A stretch of 64,000 nucleotides of DNA from Bigelowiella natans CCMP2755 (Eukaryota; Protista; Cercozoa), in the NCBI GenBank assembly GCA_000320545.1, contig ADNK01000512.1, forward strand, positions 1 to 64,000. The letters are read 5' to 3'. Shown in pieces: positions 38,008-51,097 of this stretch. The position numbers and the translations under genes were made by a program. The notes beneath the pieces are model-generated. The model was not told where the DNA came from and made no database searches. It was given only the letters and a program-made list of their open reading frames with translations. Positions within the stretch are counted from its first letter, which is position 1, and every line of letters starts with the position of its first letter.

Positions 38008-38533
38008 GATCTATGTCAACAAGTGTTGTCGGAACACAGCAGACGACGCTACCTAATGTACGCACAAAATGAGAATCAGAGAGAAGAGGATTTCAACAAC
38101 ACAGCAGCAGCAGCAGCAGCAGATACATACTTCGAAAAGCCTCCTTCATTGAATCATCTATCTGCCCAAATCACTGACGCTGTATTTCATCTACCCCTGC
38201 TACGAACGGCACACTTCTTCTTTTCTCTATTTTTTTGAGGAGAATCACCAGACGACAAGGACCTTTATTAGTGCCCTCTTCGTTGAATTGATTTCCTGAG
38301 ATTACCACATCGTTATTTTTCGTATATTTCACCATCACCCCCCCTCCTCTCTCCTCTCTCCTCCTCCTCTTCCTCCTCCTCCTCCTCTCACTACCTAATA
38401 AATTTCTCATCAATAAAAATAGTGCGTCTATCATGGGAACCTGCTTCCTGTGACACAAATATTTAAGGAGCTTTTGCAGGAGAGAAAGGTGCGAGGAGGG
38501 GAAAACGATTTAGTAGGGGAAAAGGTTGGGGTT

Positions 38534-38577
<44 letters not shown>

Positions 38578-39874
38578 GTTGAATTTGACAACGGTGATCA
38601 TGGGTTGTTCACCTCCTCCTCCTCCTCCTCCTCTTACCATTATCTTACACCTGTGTGATATATCACAGGCCTATGTCTTCGATCCAGGGGAACACTGCAT
38701 GTATCTATACGTCAACTCACACAACGTATGTGCGTCATCAGGAGACGCATACTTTTTGCGCTGCTGCTTAATTGTACTTCTATGATAATAGTATAACTTT
38801 CAATGAATCTGCTTCTCTCCCCTCCCCTTTTTGGCCTCTTCCCTCCCTACTACTAGCCCAAACGATCAACCGCAAACTTGACCCGCAATGTCACCAAGCA
38901 CTGCGTCCTCGTTACTTCCAAGTGTTTTCTCAAATTTGAGGCGGTCTGTGAGAAGGAAAAGAAGCGAGGGGGGAGTGAGGATTTGAGGATAAAAATATGA
39001 AATTTGTCCCCAGCTAATATCAGATTGGTGGAGAGAGGAAATGCTGTCGTTTTATTTCGAAACTTGGCTGCTATGCGCGCCGCAAAACAAAAGTTATTTG
39101 TAAATTAACAACTTTTTCATTAGAGTGGGGTGAGACATCCCCTTCCCCCCTTCTCCCCTCGTCACCATTCTCTTATATTTTACTTTTCCACAGGGGAAGA
39201 TATCGCAACAATTCGAGCTATCTGACGTTATCTCTTCGGTAAAAGTTGTATATCATCGTGTGTGTGTGTCGTGTGTGTTAATATACAACCGCGTTATACT
39301 TATGCCACTGCACAAATTGGTGTTTCTTTCCACTAGAGGAAGTAGTAGTACTAGTAGTAGTAGTAGTAGTACCTCCCTCGAAGGAAACCACCAAGCTAAT
39401 CTACTGCATTACCTCTTCTCTCTCCCTCTCCTTCCTCTCCTCCTCCTCCTCCAGTCTTATGTCGTAATATATATACATATATGTATACTTCTTTTCTAAC
39501 GGGTTATTACTACTACTACTACTACTAGATGTACCTCGGGTTCAGCAGATCTGGTCTTGCAAAAGTCCAAGTAAAGACAAGGTATGTATAAAGTTAGTAG
39601 TTGTCGTTGTGATACTGTTGGTGGTGGAGGTAATAGACACCTGATGGTATGTATATGCATAATTACGTATGCTCACAGGCATTATTACTGAGATCATTTG
39701 TACATTTTCAGGGACGAGACGCACATGATTCATTTCGTTAGCGGCAAGGCAGCAGTGTGGTTCTCCAAGCTTCTCTGCGATTTCTCGCTCGCGCCTGCTC
39801 GCCGATTATTCCAGGGTAAGATGGCGGCTGCGAGGCGTGGAACTTGTGCAGATATCGGGGGGGATAAATCTTGA
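30955..39874 (+). CDS. Guanylate-binding protein (GBP/atlastin-family GTPase) with coiled coil, DEP domain and a possible PH-like C-terminal domain; ends approximate
   Basis: AIPFIEFQ|NGKFEVNRDAVKIL, CIAGPYR|SGKSFLLNQL (G1), CTK|GIWM (G2), LDSEGLG (G3), FALCVLLSS, FPELVWVLRDF, SPDEYLERCL, LVRP, LRPEF, GINTGALPAIQSAW. DEP-like: GLPVKDVR...VFTGKDAIDWM|VQYGWAYDRKEAVELGNQLIDE...FED...YY. Confidence 0.85.
37886..38004. repeat. Compound intronic microsatellite (TC)n(TG)n(CAT)n; representative of dozens of SSRs in this window
   Basis: Read directly. Confidence 0.95.
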
Positions 39875-40057
39875 TGAGTCAACAAGAGATCATCGAATGT
39901 ACATTACAACGAACGGCGACTAACTGAAGTGCGTACTGTTACGCAAGTTTAATAATTGTAAATCGATTTAGTTCTTCTAGTTAATTGCACTTTGGAAGAG
40001 CAACATATAAGTGAGGCGCAGTGGATGCTATGCCTAGAATCTAGAAATGCAATTTAT

Positions 40058-40142
40058 AAAGCTACGCTGCGTTCAGCATAGGGACATGGCGCATGCATAT
40101 AAGACGGATACAAAGCTACGCTGCGTACAGCATAGGGACATG
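40058..40142. repeat. Direct repeat (31 bp, 1 mismatch, 54-bp period) in the convergent intergenic block
   Basis: aaagctacgctgcgt(t/a)cagcatagggacatg starts at 40058 and 40112. Confidence 0.85.
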
Positions 40143-40601
40143 CTAGCATGGCGCAAGCATGCTAGCATGTGTGTCATCCAGATCATGCATGTGTTCTTTA
40201 GCTACGGTCATGTTTATGTATCTCAGACGGATGTAATAAAGTGATTAAATCTTTTCAATAGGCATCCTAATGTAAGACGGTTGTAATAAATTAAATTAAA
40301 TTTGTTGAATGGCCATCCTTATGTAGCTGCTGTGAAATGCAGCGGTAGCTATGTGCAAAGTTGTAGCTCGCGCACAAGTGTCCTACTAGCCTGTCTAGCT
40401 GTGCGATGCACATGCAGAGCCGCGTCATTCACGGGCTATATAGCGGGCCGCAATGGCCTAACTCTTGACAAGCTCCATGTGCATCATAATTGCACTGTCT
40501 TACTAGCTTAAGCACATGTAATGAGAAGCTAGCAGGTAGACGAACCTCGCCGGAAATTATGTGCACGGTGGAAACACCATGTTAGCACCCACCTAGCAAC
40601 C

Positions 40602-41248
40602 TCATTTATGATCATCTTGCTTGCAAGCCCGTCTTGAGAGCGCTGATGATTTTCCCACCGAAGGAAATGCCATGAGCAAACGGTTCTCGAGAGAAGTAGA
40701 ATCTTCCACGTACGCAACGAATTCAGTCTCCATGCCTTATTTAATGCAAATAACTGTCATAAACATCTGAGATAAAGGAAAAGCCAAAGCCAAAATAGAG
40801 ACAAGATAGGGGGTAGAATGACGTTAAACATGAAGCATGCCCCCATCATCACACCTAATTGCGATTTGAGAAACCATTCCCTGCCTTTATCAAGGGCTCG
40901 CTTACTCAACATTCCAATCCTTTTCTTCTCCGCTCTTGTCCAGTGGTGAAATGATTGTGATGGTGGTCGTTGATGGTGATGTTCAGGTGGACTATGGTTG
41001 GGAGCCTTCTCACACGCCGACGTCCTAAGTTGTCCCTCTGACGCTCTAAGTTGAACTTCTGAAGTAGGCACACGACTGCTATCTTGCTGTGCTATCTCCT
41101 CAACTTTAGCATTGGTACTGCGGTAGGTATGGAGATTGTTACGGTTCCTACTGCTTCTGCTACTACGCTTTGAGCCTGTGTGGTGCATTTCCTCGTTTGT
41201 CGCCCAACTTGCCCATTGACACACTTTGGCAAACTGATGAGTCACAGG

Positions 41249-41288
<40 letters not shown>

Positions 41289-41334
41289 AAGAACGAAGAC
41301 AGATTATCGGAGATTCAGATCCGAGAATGAGTGG

Positions 41335-41370
<36 letters not shown>

Positions 41371-41811
41371 GGGGGAGCCAAGAACAACACGCAACCATCA
41401 TCAGCACCACCCCTACGTACATTCACACATACAAGAATATCTAACACCAACCACCTCTTGTTTATCGATGCCCGCAACTTTGATGAGATACTCTTTTCCC
41501 ACGTAAGAGGCCCACTCACACCTGAAGATTGATCGTACCATTGCATATGCCGCAACATTAAATCAATAAGCAACAATACAACACATGGACAACATCTTGA
41601 TAATCACCAGTACTATTGCTACTACATTACTACTACTACTACTACTACTACTACTACCTGTGGTGGCAGCACGTCGCAATTGCTATGCCAGTTAAGCCTG
41701 AAGAAAGAAGAAGAAGGAGAACAAGAAGAAGATGGAGAAAGAGGAGAAAGAGAACAGACAATAGAAAGATTAGGGGAGATCGATGTCGACTCTATCTATG
41801 CTGCTTCGAGT

Positions 41812-41856
<45 letters not shown>

Positions 41857-42696
41857 GATCTTTGACGTTTTTAGTGTAGCCCCTTTAGCATCTCGTCACC
41901 ACTATCATCACCACTATCATCGTCATAATAATAATAATAATAATAATCATCATCATCCATCGCCATATATAAATGTGTGTTGTCTTCGTGTCGTACAAGA
42001 GGATATATTGTACTATGGTGTATCAAAAATATTGATGATGATGATAATGATGGTGATGATGGTGATGATGGTGATGATGATAACCCTTAGTTCCACTCCT
42101 GCTCTCCCTGGCGATGTTTCAGTGTATATCAGCACAACATTATCCATTCAACAAAAAAGGAGAGCCAAGCAGAAACAATAACATCTAGTAAGGATGCGAA
42201 AAGCAGCTTCTATTTACTAATACTACTACTATTACTAATATGAATGCGAGTCATTCAGTGTTCTTTCAGACAAGAGAAGGGGGCATTATATTTGCAGCTG
42301 ACCTGTCCTCGTGCGAAAGCGCTCTTAAGGCGAAATCCGTGGCGCACCTACGGCGGCATGGCATGGAATGGTGAAGATGGTAATGATTATGATGATGATG
42401 GTGATGCAATGGTTTGCGTGATGTTTATGGGGTCATTCCTGCATGAGAATCTCGTGATGAACCGTTCTGATGCAGCACAGATAAGCTGCTCCAAGAAAGC
42501 AGGTGGGAGATGTGCATATGTACATGATATCATATCTAGAGAAAGAGAGAGAGAGAGAGAGAGAGGAAGAGGAAGAGGAAGAGAGAAAGTAGCAAGCGGG
42601 AAAGGAAAGACTCTTACTTACCCGCAGAGATGCTTCGATGCAACCAGGTAGCGCCTCTCTTTCAACATCTCGATTTCCTTTAATCATAACCATGAC

Positions 42697-42767
<71 letters not shown>

Positions 42768-42966
42768 GCCTCAGACACCGAGCGCAAGCTAATACGCACA
42801 CACACACACACACACACACACACCACATGCCCACGCATTATAGGCAGTATGGATAGTGACGGTGTTGGGTTCGACAATGGTATTGGCATGGTGACGATGG
42901 AGGTTGATGGCAACGTTTGATTACCATATTCACATTCTACGAATACGTTACTGCTGCTGCTACTAA

Positions 42967-43005
<39 letters not shown>

Positions 43006-43345
43006 TGATCCTGCTATCACCTTGACAACAAGGTGGCGAAGATCCATTTGTATGCGAACGACTGATGACCCTGCTTTGCGGATGTACCTGGAGTCATTAA
43101 GTGTGCGTGTGTGTGTGTGCTTGATCGACAGTGCTGCTAATAGGTGCTGTGGAACGATGCATTACTGCTTAGCGGTAGCAGTGGTAGTCAGCAATAGTCG
43201 ATTGTACGGTGTATATACCTGTCCTGAGAGTTTTGAAATGTGCCCAGATCCACCATCACCACATCGCATTTGAAAGCCTTCAGCAGCAACGAGGTAGGAA
43301 AACACGCGCAGGCAACAAATCATCACACTCTCACACACGCACACG

Positions 43346-43380
<35 letters not shown>

Positions 43381-44917
43381 GATGTCGTCCGCTATACATT
43401 GTATTTTCTTTTATATCATCATCATGCTATGTTCATCATCCACGTAACAGCACCTCACGTGCGTGCTCTGGTTGCATATGCTTGTGTGAGGAGGGGTATG
43501 TTGTCGGTGTGTGTGTGTATGTGTGTGTGTGTATGTGTGTGTGTGTGTGTGTGCGTGTTTGAGTGATACATGCCGTCGCCGCTACACATAGTCATTCGGA
43601 AATTGATCATATCGAACGACCATAGCTGCTAGCGAGGCCAGTCCCCCTTTTCCAGCACCCATTTCGAGGAAGACAATAGGCGATTGCACTATTGCTGTTG
43701 TTGCTCCTCCTCCTCCCTGCTGATCTAACTCTTTCTCTTCGTCTTCTTTTATCTCCTCTTTGCCTCCTCCTCCGCCTTTTTCAACAACCCGTCCTCCCCC
43801 CTTTGATGGCTGGTCTGTCTCCATCTTCTCCCTCTTCTTCGCGCTCCTTTGTTGTGCCTGCTCCTGCTTTCTGTGTTGCTGTTGGTTTCCTCGAGCATCC
43901 TTTCCTCCTCTTTCTCGTGCTTCGAGGACGCCTCGGCTTCTTATGGATCGCAGTAGTATGTATGTGTGGATTGTGGACGAAGGAGATGGAACATGTATGA
44001 TGTGAGGAGGAGGAGGAAACAACAACGATTTATCTTAGGGAGTCAACGAGAGTATGCAATCAATTCGAAAAGCGCAAAAGCGGATAAAATGACGGATACA
44101 AGTAATATAGGGGTTGTGGCTGTTAGGCCCTCTCTTCTCTTCTTCTTCTTATTGTGTGTTGCTTATCGTCGTCGTCATTCGTCAGTCGCACTAACGTACT
44201 GTAGGCGTGCAAGAATAGAGGACTGCTGCTTGAAGTGTTTCCAACCCCTTCCTGATTTGTTATGATTATGATGAGTTTTGCATGCTGTTTACGTAAGGCG
44301 TGCACGCGCACACGCGACACATTTCTATACTACATACAAACGTGTTATATTTTGTCCTAACATTCCCTGATCGGGACTGTTTTTTGATCTTACCCTCCTC
44401 CTCTGAACAAAGCGCTCGTCATTATTACCATCACGTTCGAGGAGGATGAGGAAGAGGGAAAAGAGGAGGAGGAGGAGGGAGGAGGAGGAGGGGTGACGGC
44501 ATGGAAGCTAGGTGACTATGGCGTTCTCACCACCACCTTTATCACTCGGGCAGAACCTTGCGCAAGACGCACAAAGTGAGGTCTCCGTCTTGATAGCAGC
44601 TATGTTCTGAGCAGCAGCAGCAGCAGCAGCAAAGTGTGGTAGGGTATGATGATCACAAAGGAATGGAGCTGGCGGGGAGAGAGAAGTGTTGTTTTATATT
44701 TGTGTGTTGTATGTTTGGCGCAGCATTTCTTGTAGATAATTCTTTGCACCTTGCATATCTTCTCTAGTTTGCAAACAATAGCTAGGTCATCAATCTCGTG
44801 CTGCTGCTGCATAGCTTTCCCTTTACGCTCTTTGTTTTCATCTCTGAAGCAGTAATGTTGTGTATGCATTAAATTATATGCTTGACATTTATACACATGT
44901 TGATGATAATTCATGTG

Positions 44918-44958
<41 letters not shown>

Positions 44959-45892
44959 CGCGTGTTACTGTGCGTATGCTCACGTATGTCTTTGTTGTGC
45001 AGCACTATTCTCGAGAATTTTATAGGAAGGAGCTCTCTCTCTCTCTACAAGGACCAATTAATGCATACCCGCCTTCGTCTTGTTCGCCGGAATTGATGTT
45101 CTCGTGATAGTACGGCTGCGAGCATCTCTCTAAGATGCGTAACTTTAGCAAGAATATAACACAACATTATTTCTAATCAAATGGAGGTTGTCATCGTTGC
45201 TGCTTGTGTATACATTCTGTGGATAGCGGTACATCATCATCGTCACCACAAGTGCCTCCATCACCACGACCAACTTCTGCTAAATGATATTATTGATTAC
45301 GTGCGCTGGACACTTCTTCAGATGAGTCTGCATTCGCTTTGTTATCACCCACGACTTGCAATAGTCACATCTACAAAATCAAGAATGAAATCGTCGTCAG
45401 CTGGACGTATAAAGCCTGTGGACTGAATGAACCAAGCACCTTGATCGTAGCACCACTCCGCTTTTTTTGCCCGCAGCGGAGTTACTCCTATCGTACCCCC
45501 CTACTGTATTCGCCAAAGACGAAAAGTCGGTGTGGTGGTGGCAAAACTTGGAGTCGAACTTCGCAACGGAGAAGTTGCACCTGGCAAAGACAAGAGGAGA
45601 GGGTAATAATAACTATCGAGATCACGTGGTGGTGGAAACAAGACGAGGAAAATTCGAAAGGAGGGAAGAGTTTCTACCATCTTTGCTTTCGAGAGTGCCA
45701 GAAATGACATTGACCAGGCGGAGGCAGACTACGCTTTCGTCGCTTGGACTCAACTGCATCCTCAACCCCACGTCTCTTCCTCCCTACTGTTGGCGCGGAC
45801 GGCGAAGATGACGTTCGCATGCCTGTCGATTGTTCCGTAGAAGCCCCATGTGGTTCGGGGGATGCGACGTGACCTCCTGGAGCTCGCTGCAT
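40602..45892 (-). CDS. TRM13: tRNA:m(4)X modification enzyme TRM13 (2'-O-methyltransferase)
   Basis: GQCHFWHSRKQRW|CNF...FCHHH (CCCH finger), PYYHENINSG, KHFKQQSSIL, FLEMGAGKGGL, RIQMDLRHL, VASKHLCG|CATDFAL, GIAIATCCHH, ASWAT, IGMLSKRALDKGR, YVEDSTSLENRLL; stop at 40602. Confidence 0.9.
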
Positions 45893-46437
45893 TCCTTTGG
45901 ATCACGCACGAGGGGGTGGGGAGGGGATGACACCCGAAAAGTGATAGTTTTCGGTGTAAAATTCAACCGCAAGCACGAAATCGAGAACAACGATCGAAAT
46001 GAGGAAATAACCTGTGTTTTGACCTTACGACAATAACTTTTGACGCGAAATGTGAAGTAAAAATTAGTTGATAATTGCGGGACAGGAAGGAAAGTGATCA
46101 GCAGATTCCTTCCCCACCCCACGTACGTATCGTAGCGTAGCAGCACTTAAACGCATCGTCCGAGTATTCTGCAACCCAAAACAACAAATCAAGGCCAGAC
46201 CAACTCTGGTAGGTGTTGGAACATAGAAAAGGGTGGGGAGGGGTGGAGGCGGATGTGTTGGGAAGGATCTTTTGAACCGCTTGGACCGCAGGTCTCAAGC
46301 TTGCTTTTTCTCAATGACTGAAGTGTGTTGCACGCGATGCATAAAAAGGTGCCGGAGTTTATTCTCTGAAGACAGGCGCAGACGTAAAGGAAGGAGAGAA
46401 TACATAAAGAGCGAAATAAAGAAAATACAAGAGAAAT

Positions 46438-48237
46438 ATGAGCGATTCAAGTGATCTCTACTCTACTTCGTCTGACGACGGAGTCCGGCGGCGCGATGTC
46501 CGGCCAGGGCAGCGCAAAGGGCGGGACATGAAAACACAGGGAGTAGGACCAAAAGAAGATGACACACCTGCTACCACTTCCAAAATTGACGATCCCACCG
46601 CAGAGGGCAATGGGGAAAGCAGCAGCGGCAATAGAGGCGGCAGCCGCAAGATGTATAAGAATGGTCGTGGAAGCAAACGCGATGGTAGGCAGGAAGGACG
46701 TAAGAGCAGAAAATGGAAGAAGAAAAAGGAGGTGGACAACAGTGCTAGTTTAGAAAAGAAAAAGGACGCGAACGACACTATCACCGCTGCATTAGTTGCA
46801 AGCAGTGAGGTCGACCGGGATGAGGAAGAAGATGTCGTAGCAACCCAGGCTGATGATGAATCTGAAGACAATAAACCTACTTCCCGCAGCAACAGCCGCG
46901 GGAAAAACAAGAGGGAAAACACCAAGCGAGAGAATCAACAAAAAAATCAGCGACGACATGGTAGTGAACATGAGTTGTTGAAGTAAGGAGTATTCAGGAT
47001 GATCCCCTGTGTTATAATCTGCTGCCGACTCTAGCTCCCATATTGTTTTATTCCACGAACTAATGATTGTCGCAATTTATTCATCCTCCTCCTCTCCCCT
47101 CCCGTGTTCGTAGGAATTCGTGCGGCGGCCTCGAAGGACAGTGCCTCCACCAGAAAGCCTAGATGGAGACCTAAAGGGGCTGCAGTAGTCGCAACTGAGC
47201 GCACTACGGCTGCCAAGGCCAGCAAAGCCGGCGAGCGGAGCGGTAGCAGCAGCAACAGCAACAACAACAACAGAAGCAAGGAGGAAGAGAATGAGGGGAA
47301 GAAGGTTACTCAGAGCGGTAGGAGTAACGTAACAAATAACAACAACAAGAAAAACGGAAAGCTCGAGAATTCTAATAGCACCAGCAGCAGCAGGCTGAGA
47401 AGGAAGATCAGGGCGGATATTGATGGGAGGGGAGCGGAAACGATATGGATGAGGTCCATACCAAAACGTCCGTCTCCCCCATCTACGACTAAGACAACAG
47501 CAAATGCTACTTCACCACACCCCGATAATAGTAACACTCCCACCATCTCGAAAAAGCAGCAGCAACCGTCGTCACCAACTCCTGTCGCTGCTGCACCATC
47601 GCCACCACCATCTTCTTCTTCGCAACAGCAAAGCGGAGCGAGAAGAAAGCGCCAGCAACGAGGAGGGCCTAAGTGGGTTCCGAAGCAAGCCCCTCCTCAG
47701 GGGTCCGCCTCATCATTAAGCTCAGCAGTTGATTTAGCAGGAAGAAACTTCACCACCGCAACCAGTGAAAATCAAAAGGGAGGAGGACGACGAACTTACA
47801 GAGAAGGCGACGGCAAGGGGGGGGGTCCAAGATTTCGCGTGAAAGACATGAAGGTCACAGCGCCATCAGTAACGACGAGCAACCATAAAAAGGAGCAAAA
47901 GCGAGACCTGCCTTCAGCAGGAGCAGGCGGCCAGGATAAGTCATCATCATCCTCCTCCTCCTCCTCAAATTATGGTCGTCAGCAGCAGCAGCAGCAGTAC
48001 AAAAAGGGTGGCGGTCCAACCCCGAACTCAGCAGCATATTCCAGGTCGAAGCTGGCACGTAAAATGAGACTCGAGCACGATGCGACGGCTGTTGGCGCTG
48101 TTTCTCCTGATAATGAGCTTATCACGATCTCCGAACTACGGAAGCGGCTCGGTGCACAGGCAGATCGTATCGCGAAGGACTATGCTATGGAAAGAACCCA
48201 GCTCCAGGTAGTAGCACTAGAAAACCAGCAATAATGA

Positions 48238-48275
<38 letters not shown>

Positions 48276-48821
48276 GTGGAAAGATACTTTGGAAGGGATT
48301 TACACAATAATGATTTCTTTTTCACTTCACAATCATCATTGTAGATGCAGCTAGAAGAGGCGCAAATGGAGACACAGAGCGCTAGGCAGGCCCTCAAGCA
48401 CAATCGCAACTCGGAGAAAGACCTACGAAGGAGCATGCAGCAGCAAATTGTCCAGCAAGCAGCCAAACACGAGACCGAGATTAAGTCCCTCAATGCCAAA
48501 CATGCAAAGGAGATGAGCGCGAAAATTGCGCAGGCAGTGGCGGCGGCGTCATCTAGGTCTCCTCCTCCTTCAAATTCATCGTTACAGCAACTGGCACATC
48601 AACAGCAGCAGACCCAACAGCAGCACCAACAGATTGTAAAGGGTATGCAGGCTGAGATTATGGAACTCAGAAACTTCGTTATCTTTCTCCAACAGCAGCT
48701 TGTGGCAGCAGCGGCGGTCCAACAGCAACAACACCAGCAGCAGCAGCAGCAGCAGCAGCAGGCCCAGCATCATCATCAACAACAACAACCAACACCACCA
48801 CCACCACCACCACCATCATCA

Positions 48822-48859
<38 letters not shown>

Positions 48860-50045
48860 CGTATTTCATCAACAGCAGCAGCAGCAACATCCTCACCACC
48901 CTGCAGCAGTGGTTCACCCGCCTCCTCACCCAACGCTGCAGCTGCAGCACCAGCACCAGCATAACGTGCAGCACCATCATCACCACCAGCAGCGCCAACA
49001 GCACCTGCAACAACACCACTCGCAACTGCAACCGCAGCAAAACGGCCAACAACAGCTGCCACTGCTCCCCCACGCTCAATTTGTTGTGCACGACAAGAAG
49101 AATCTTCCACTCAACGCGAATAATGGCAACAATACTGTCTCACAGAAGACTAGGATGGTAGCGGTGCCAGCTGCCGCAGCGGCACTGGCAAGTGCTGTGA
49201 CCGTTGTTCCCAAATATGCGACGAGACAGAGCGCCAGCAATGGCGACGGAAAGCAGAATAACGGGGTTTTTACTAGCAACACTATAACAAACAGCTCGAG
49301 TGTTAATGGTGGTGGTGCTGGTGGCGGCAGCGGCGTACAGCTTGATGAGTGGACCTCCAAGCTGTTCCAGATTGCTATTTCGGGAAGCGAGGAGAGCATC
49401 GAGTCGGTGATCAAAGCCAAGGCCGATCCAAATGCACGCGACGCTAATTACTTGACCCCCCTCCATTGTGCCGCGAAGCGCAACCACTGGGACTTCGCGA
49501 GGAAGCTTCTGCGCCAGAGCAACGTTGACGTGAACGCCCCTATGGCCGACGGACTAACCACCCTGATGCTCGCGACGAGTAGGGGGAAGGGGGAGACTGC
49601 ACAATATCTCGTGGAGATGCACAGGGCAAAGGTTCACCTGCAGGACAAAAAGGGCGACACCGCGCTTATTCATGCAGCCCGACGCGGCTGCCTCATGACC
49701 GTGCGCTACCTAGTTGAAGGTGCGAAGGCTCCCGTGAATCAGGTAAATCACAACGGAGAATCGGCGGTCTTCTTTGCGAGTTGGAATGACAACCTAGAGC
49801 TGGTACAATATCTGGTGAAAGCCAGGGCGCTGATCAACTCTCGAAACAGGAAGGGAGACTCGCCAGTCATCCTTGCAGCTGCGGCAAACGCAGTCAGCAC
49901 GCTTCGCTATCTCGTTAAGAGCGCCGGGGCCAACCCGCTGGTGAGGGATGCAGAAGGCAAAACGGCTCTGAAATTGGCGCAGGAGTCAGGTCATAAAGAA
50001 GCAGTTCAATTTCTACATTCATGTACAACATGGCAGCACCCGTGA
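46438..50045 (+). CDS. Ankyrin-repeat protein with a long low-complexity N-terminus, coiled coil and polyQ/polyH tract
   Basis: Three large exons (ORFs 46438.., 47104.., 48345..50045). About 6 ankyrin repeats: TPLHCAAKRN, TTLMLATSRG, TALIHAARRG, SAVFFASWND, SPVILAAAAN, TALKLAQESG. Confidence 0.8.
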
Positions 50046-50995
50046 GGCTGGTAATGCAAGGACAATTGTTAAGAAGCTGTGCTTTAGCGCAAGAATTAAT
50101 ATGACTATGACGACCCCATTTTGGCTCATTCGATCGTGTACTGCGATTACGTTTCATTTTTAAAATATCAAGCATCGCAAATTAATTGTTGATGGCAGTT
50201 TATTTACACCTAATCTCTAAACGATGCATTGCATAGCATGTGCAATATTCACACACCTCTCAGCTAGGTGGACTCGAATTTGCAACAGTAGCGACGCAAT
50301 GTGATGGTGTACTTTGGAGCAGCCAGATAATATCAGTATGTTGTACTCCAGCGCATGCTATGCTGCTAGCGCATGACACGATGTACATTTTTGCTAGCGC
50401 GTGAGCGCCTGAAGTTGTACAACGAGACAAATAGACACAACCTAAGTGCTGTAGCCGCTGCTTTGCATAGCTACATTAGGATGATTATTGAAAAGATGTA
50501 ATCACTTCATTGCATCCCTCTCAAACGATATGCATGTGCGGTATACGACATGGGAGTCGTGTTCGACTCGATCAGCATCAAGGCCGGTAGCGCGTGCATG
50601 ATGCGATTCATGACCAACGTCGCTAACTAACGTATCGTGTGCTTGTAAAGGCTGTACAGCATGTACATAGCGTCGCATGACCTGCTAGCCTGACAACACT
50701 ATTATATCGCCTGCGCCCACAAACATCTAGACCAGGCATGCTAGCATGGTAACCGACGAATTGCACTTACTACACCAAATTTAACATTACGACATACACA
50801 GAGAGGATCAAAACCTATGTACATAATCCGACTGAACACAAGGGAATGCAAAAAACTAAGGGTATGACTATTGAAAACAACATGAAATACGAATAGAACG
50901 AGAAGATACCGGAATAGAGAATAGCACAATCCTCTTTCAGGAGATGCCACAACCCCGTTTTAAATTTTTTGCAAATGACAGAGCAATTTGACCAC

Positions 50996-51056
50996 GTTGG
51001 TGGGTAACCAACTTTCAGGTTTTCCAGATACCCACCAACTTTCAGGTTTTCCAGAT
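50996..51056. repeat. Nested direct (23 bp x2) and inverted (11 bp) micro-duplication
   Basis: accaactttcaggttttccagat at 51007-51029 and 51034-51056; gttggtgggta (50996-51006) is the reverse complement of tacccaccaac (51029-51039). Confidence 0.85.
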
Positions 51057-51097
51057 TCTAACTCCTTAGAATCCGAGCAGACTAGCATCGCAACCTC

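Noticed and set aside
40058-40330. Spaced direct repeats resembling a CRISPR array
   Set aside because: Only two copies per unit, irregular spacing, eukaryotic context and no cas genes.
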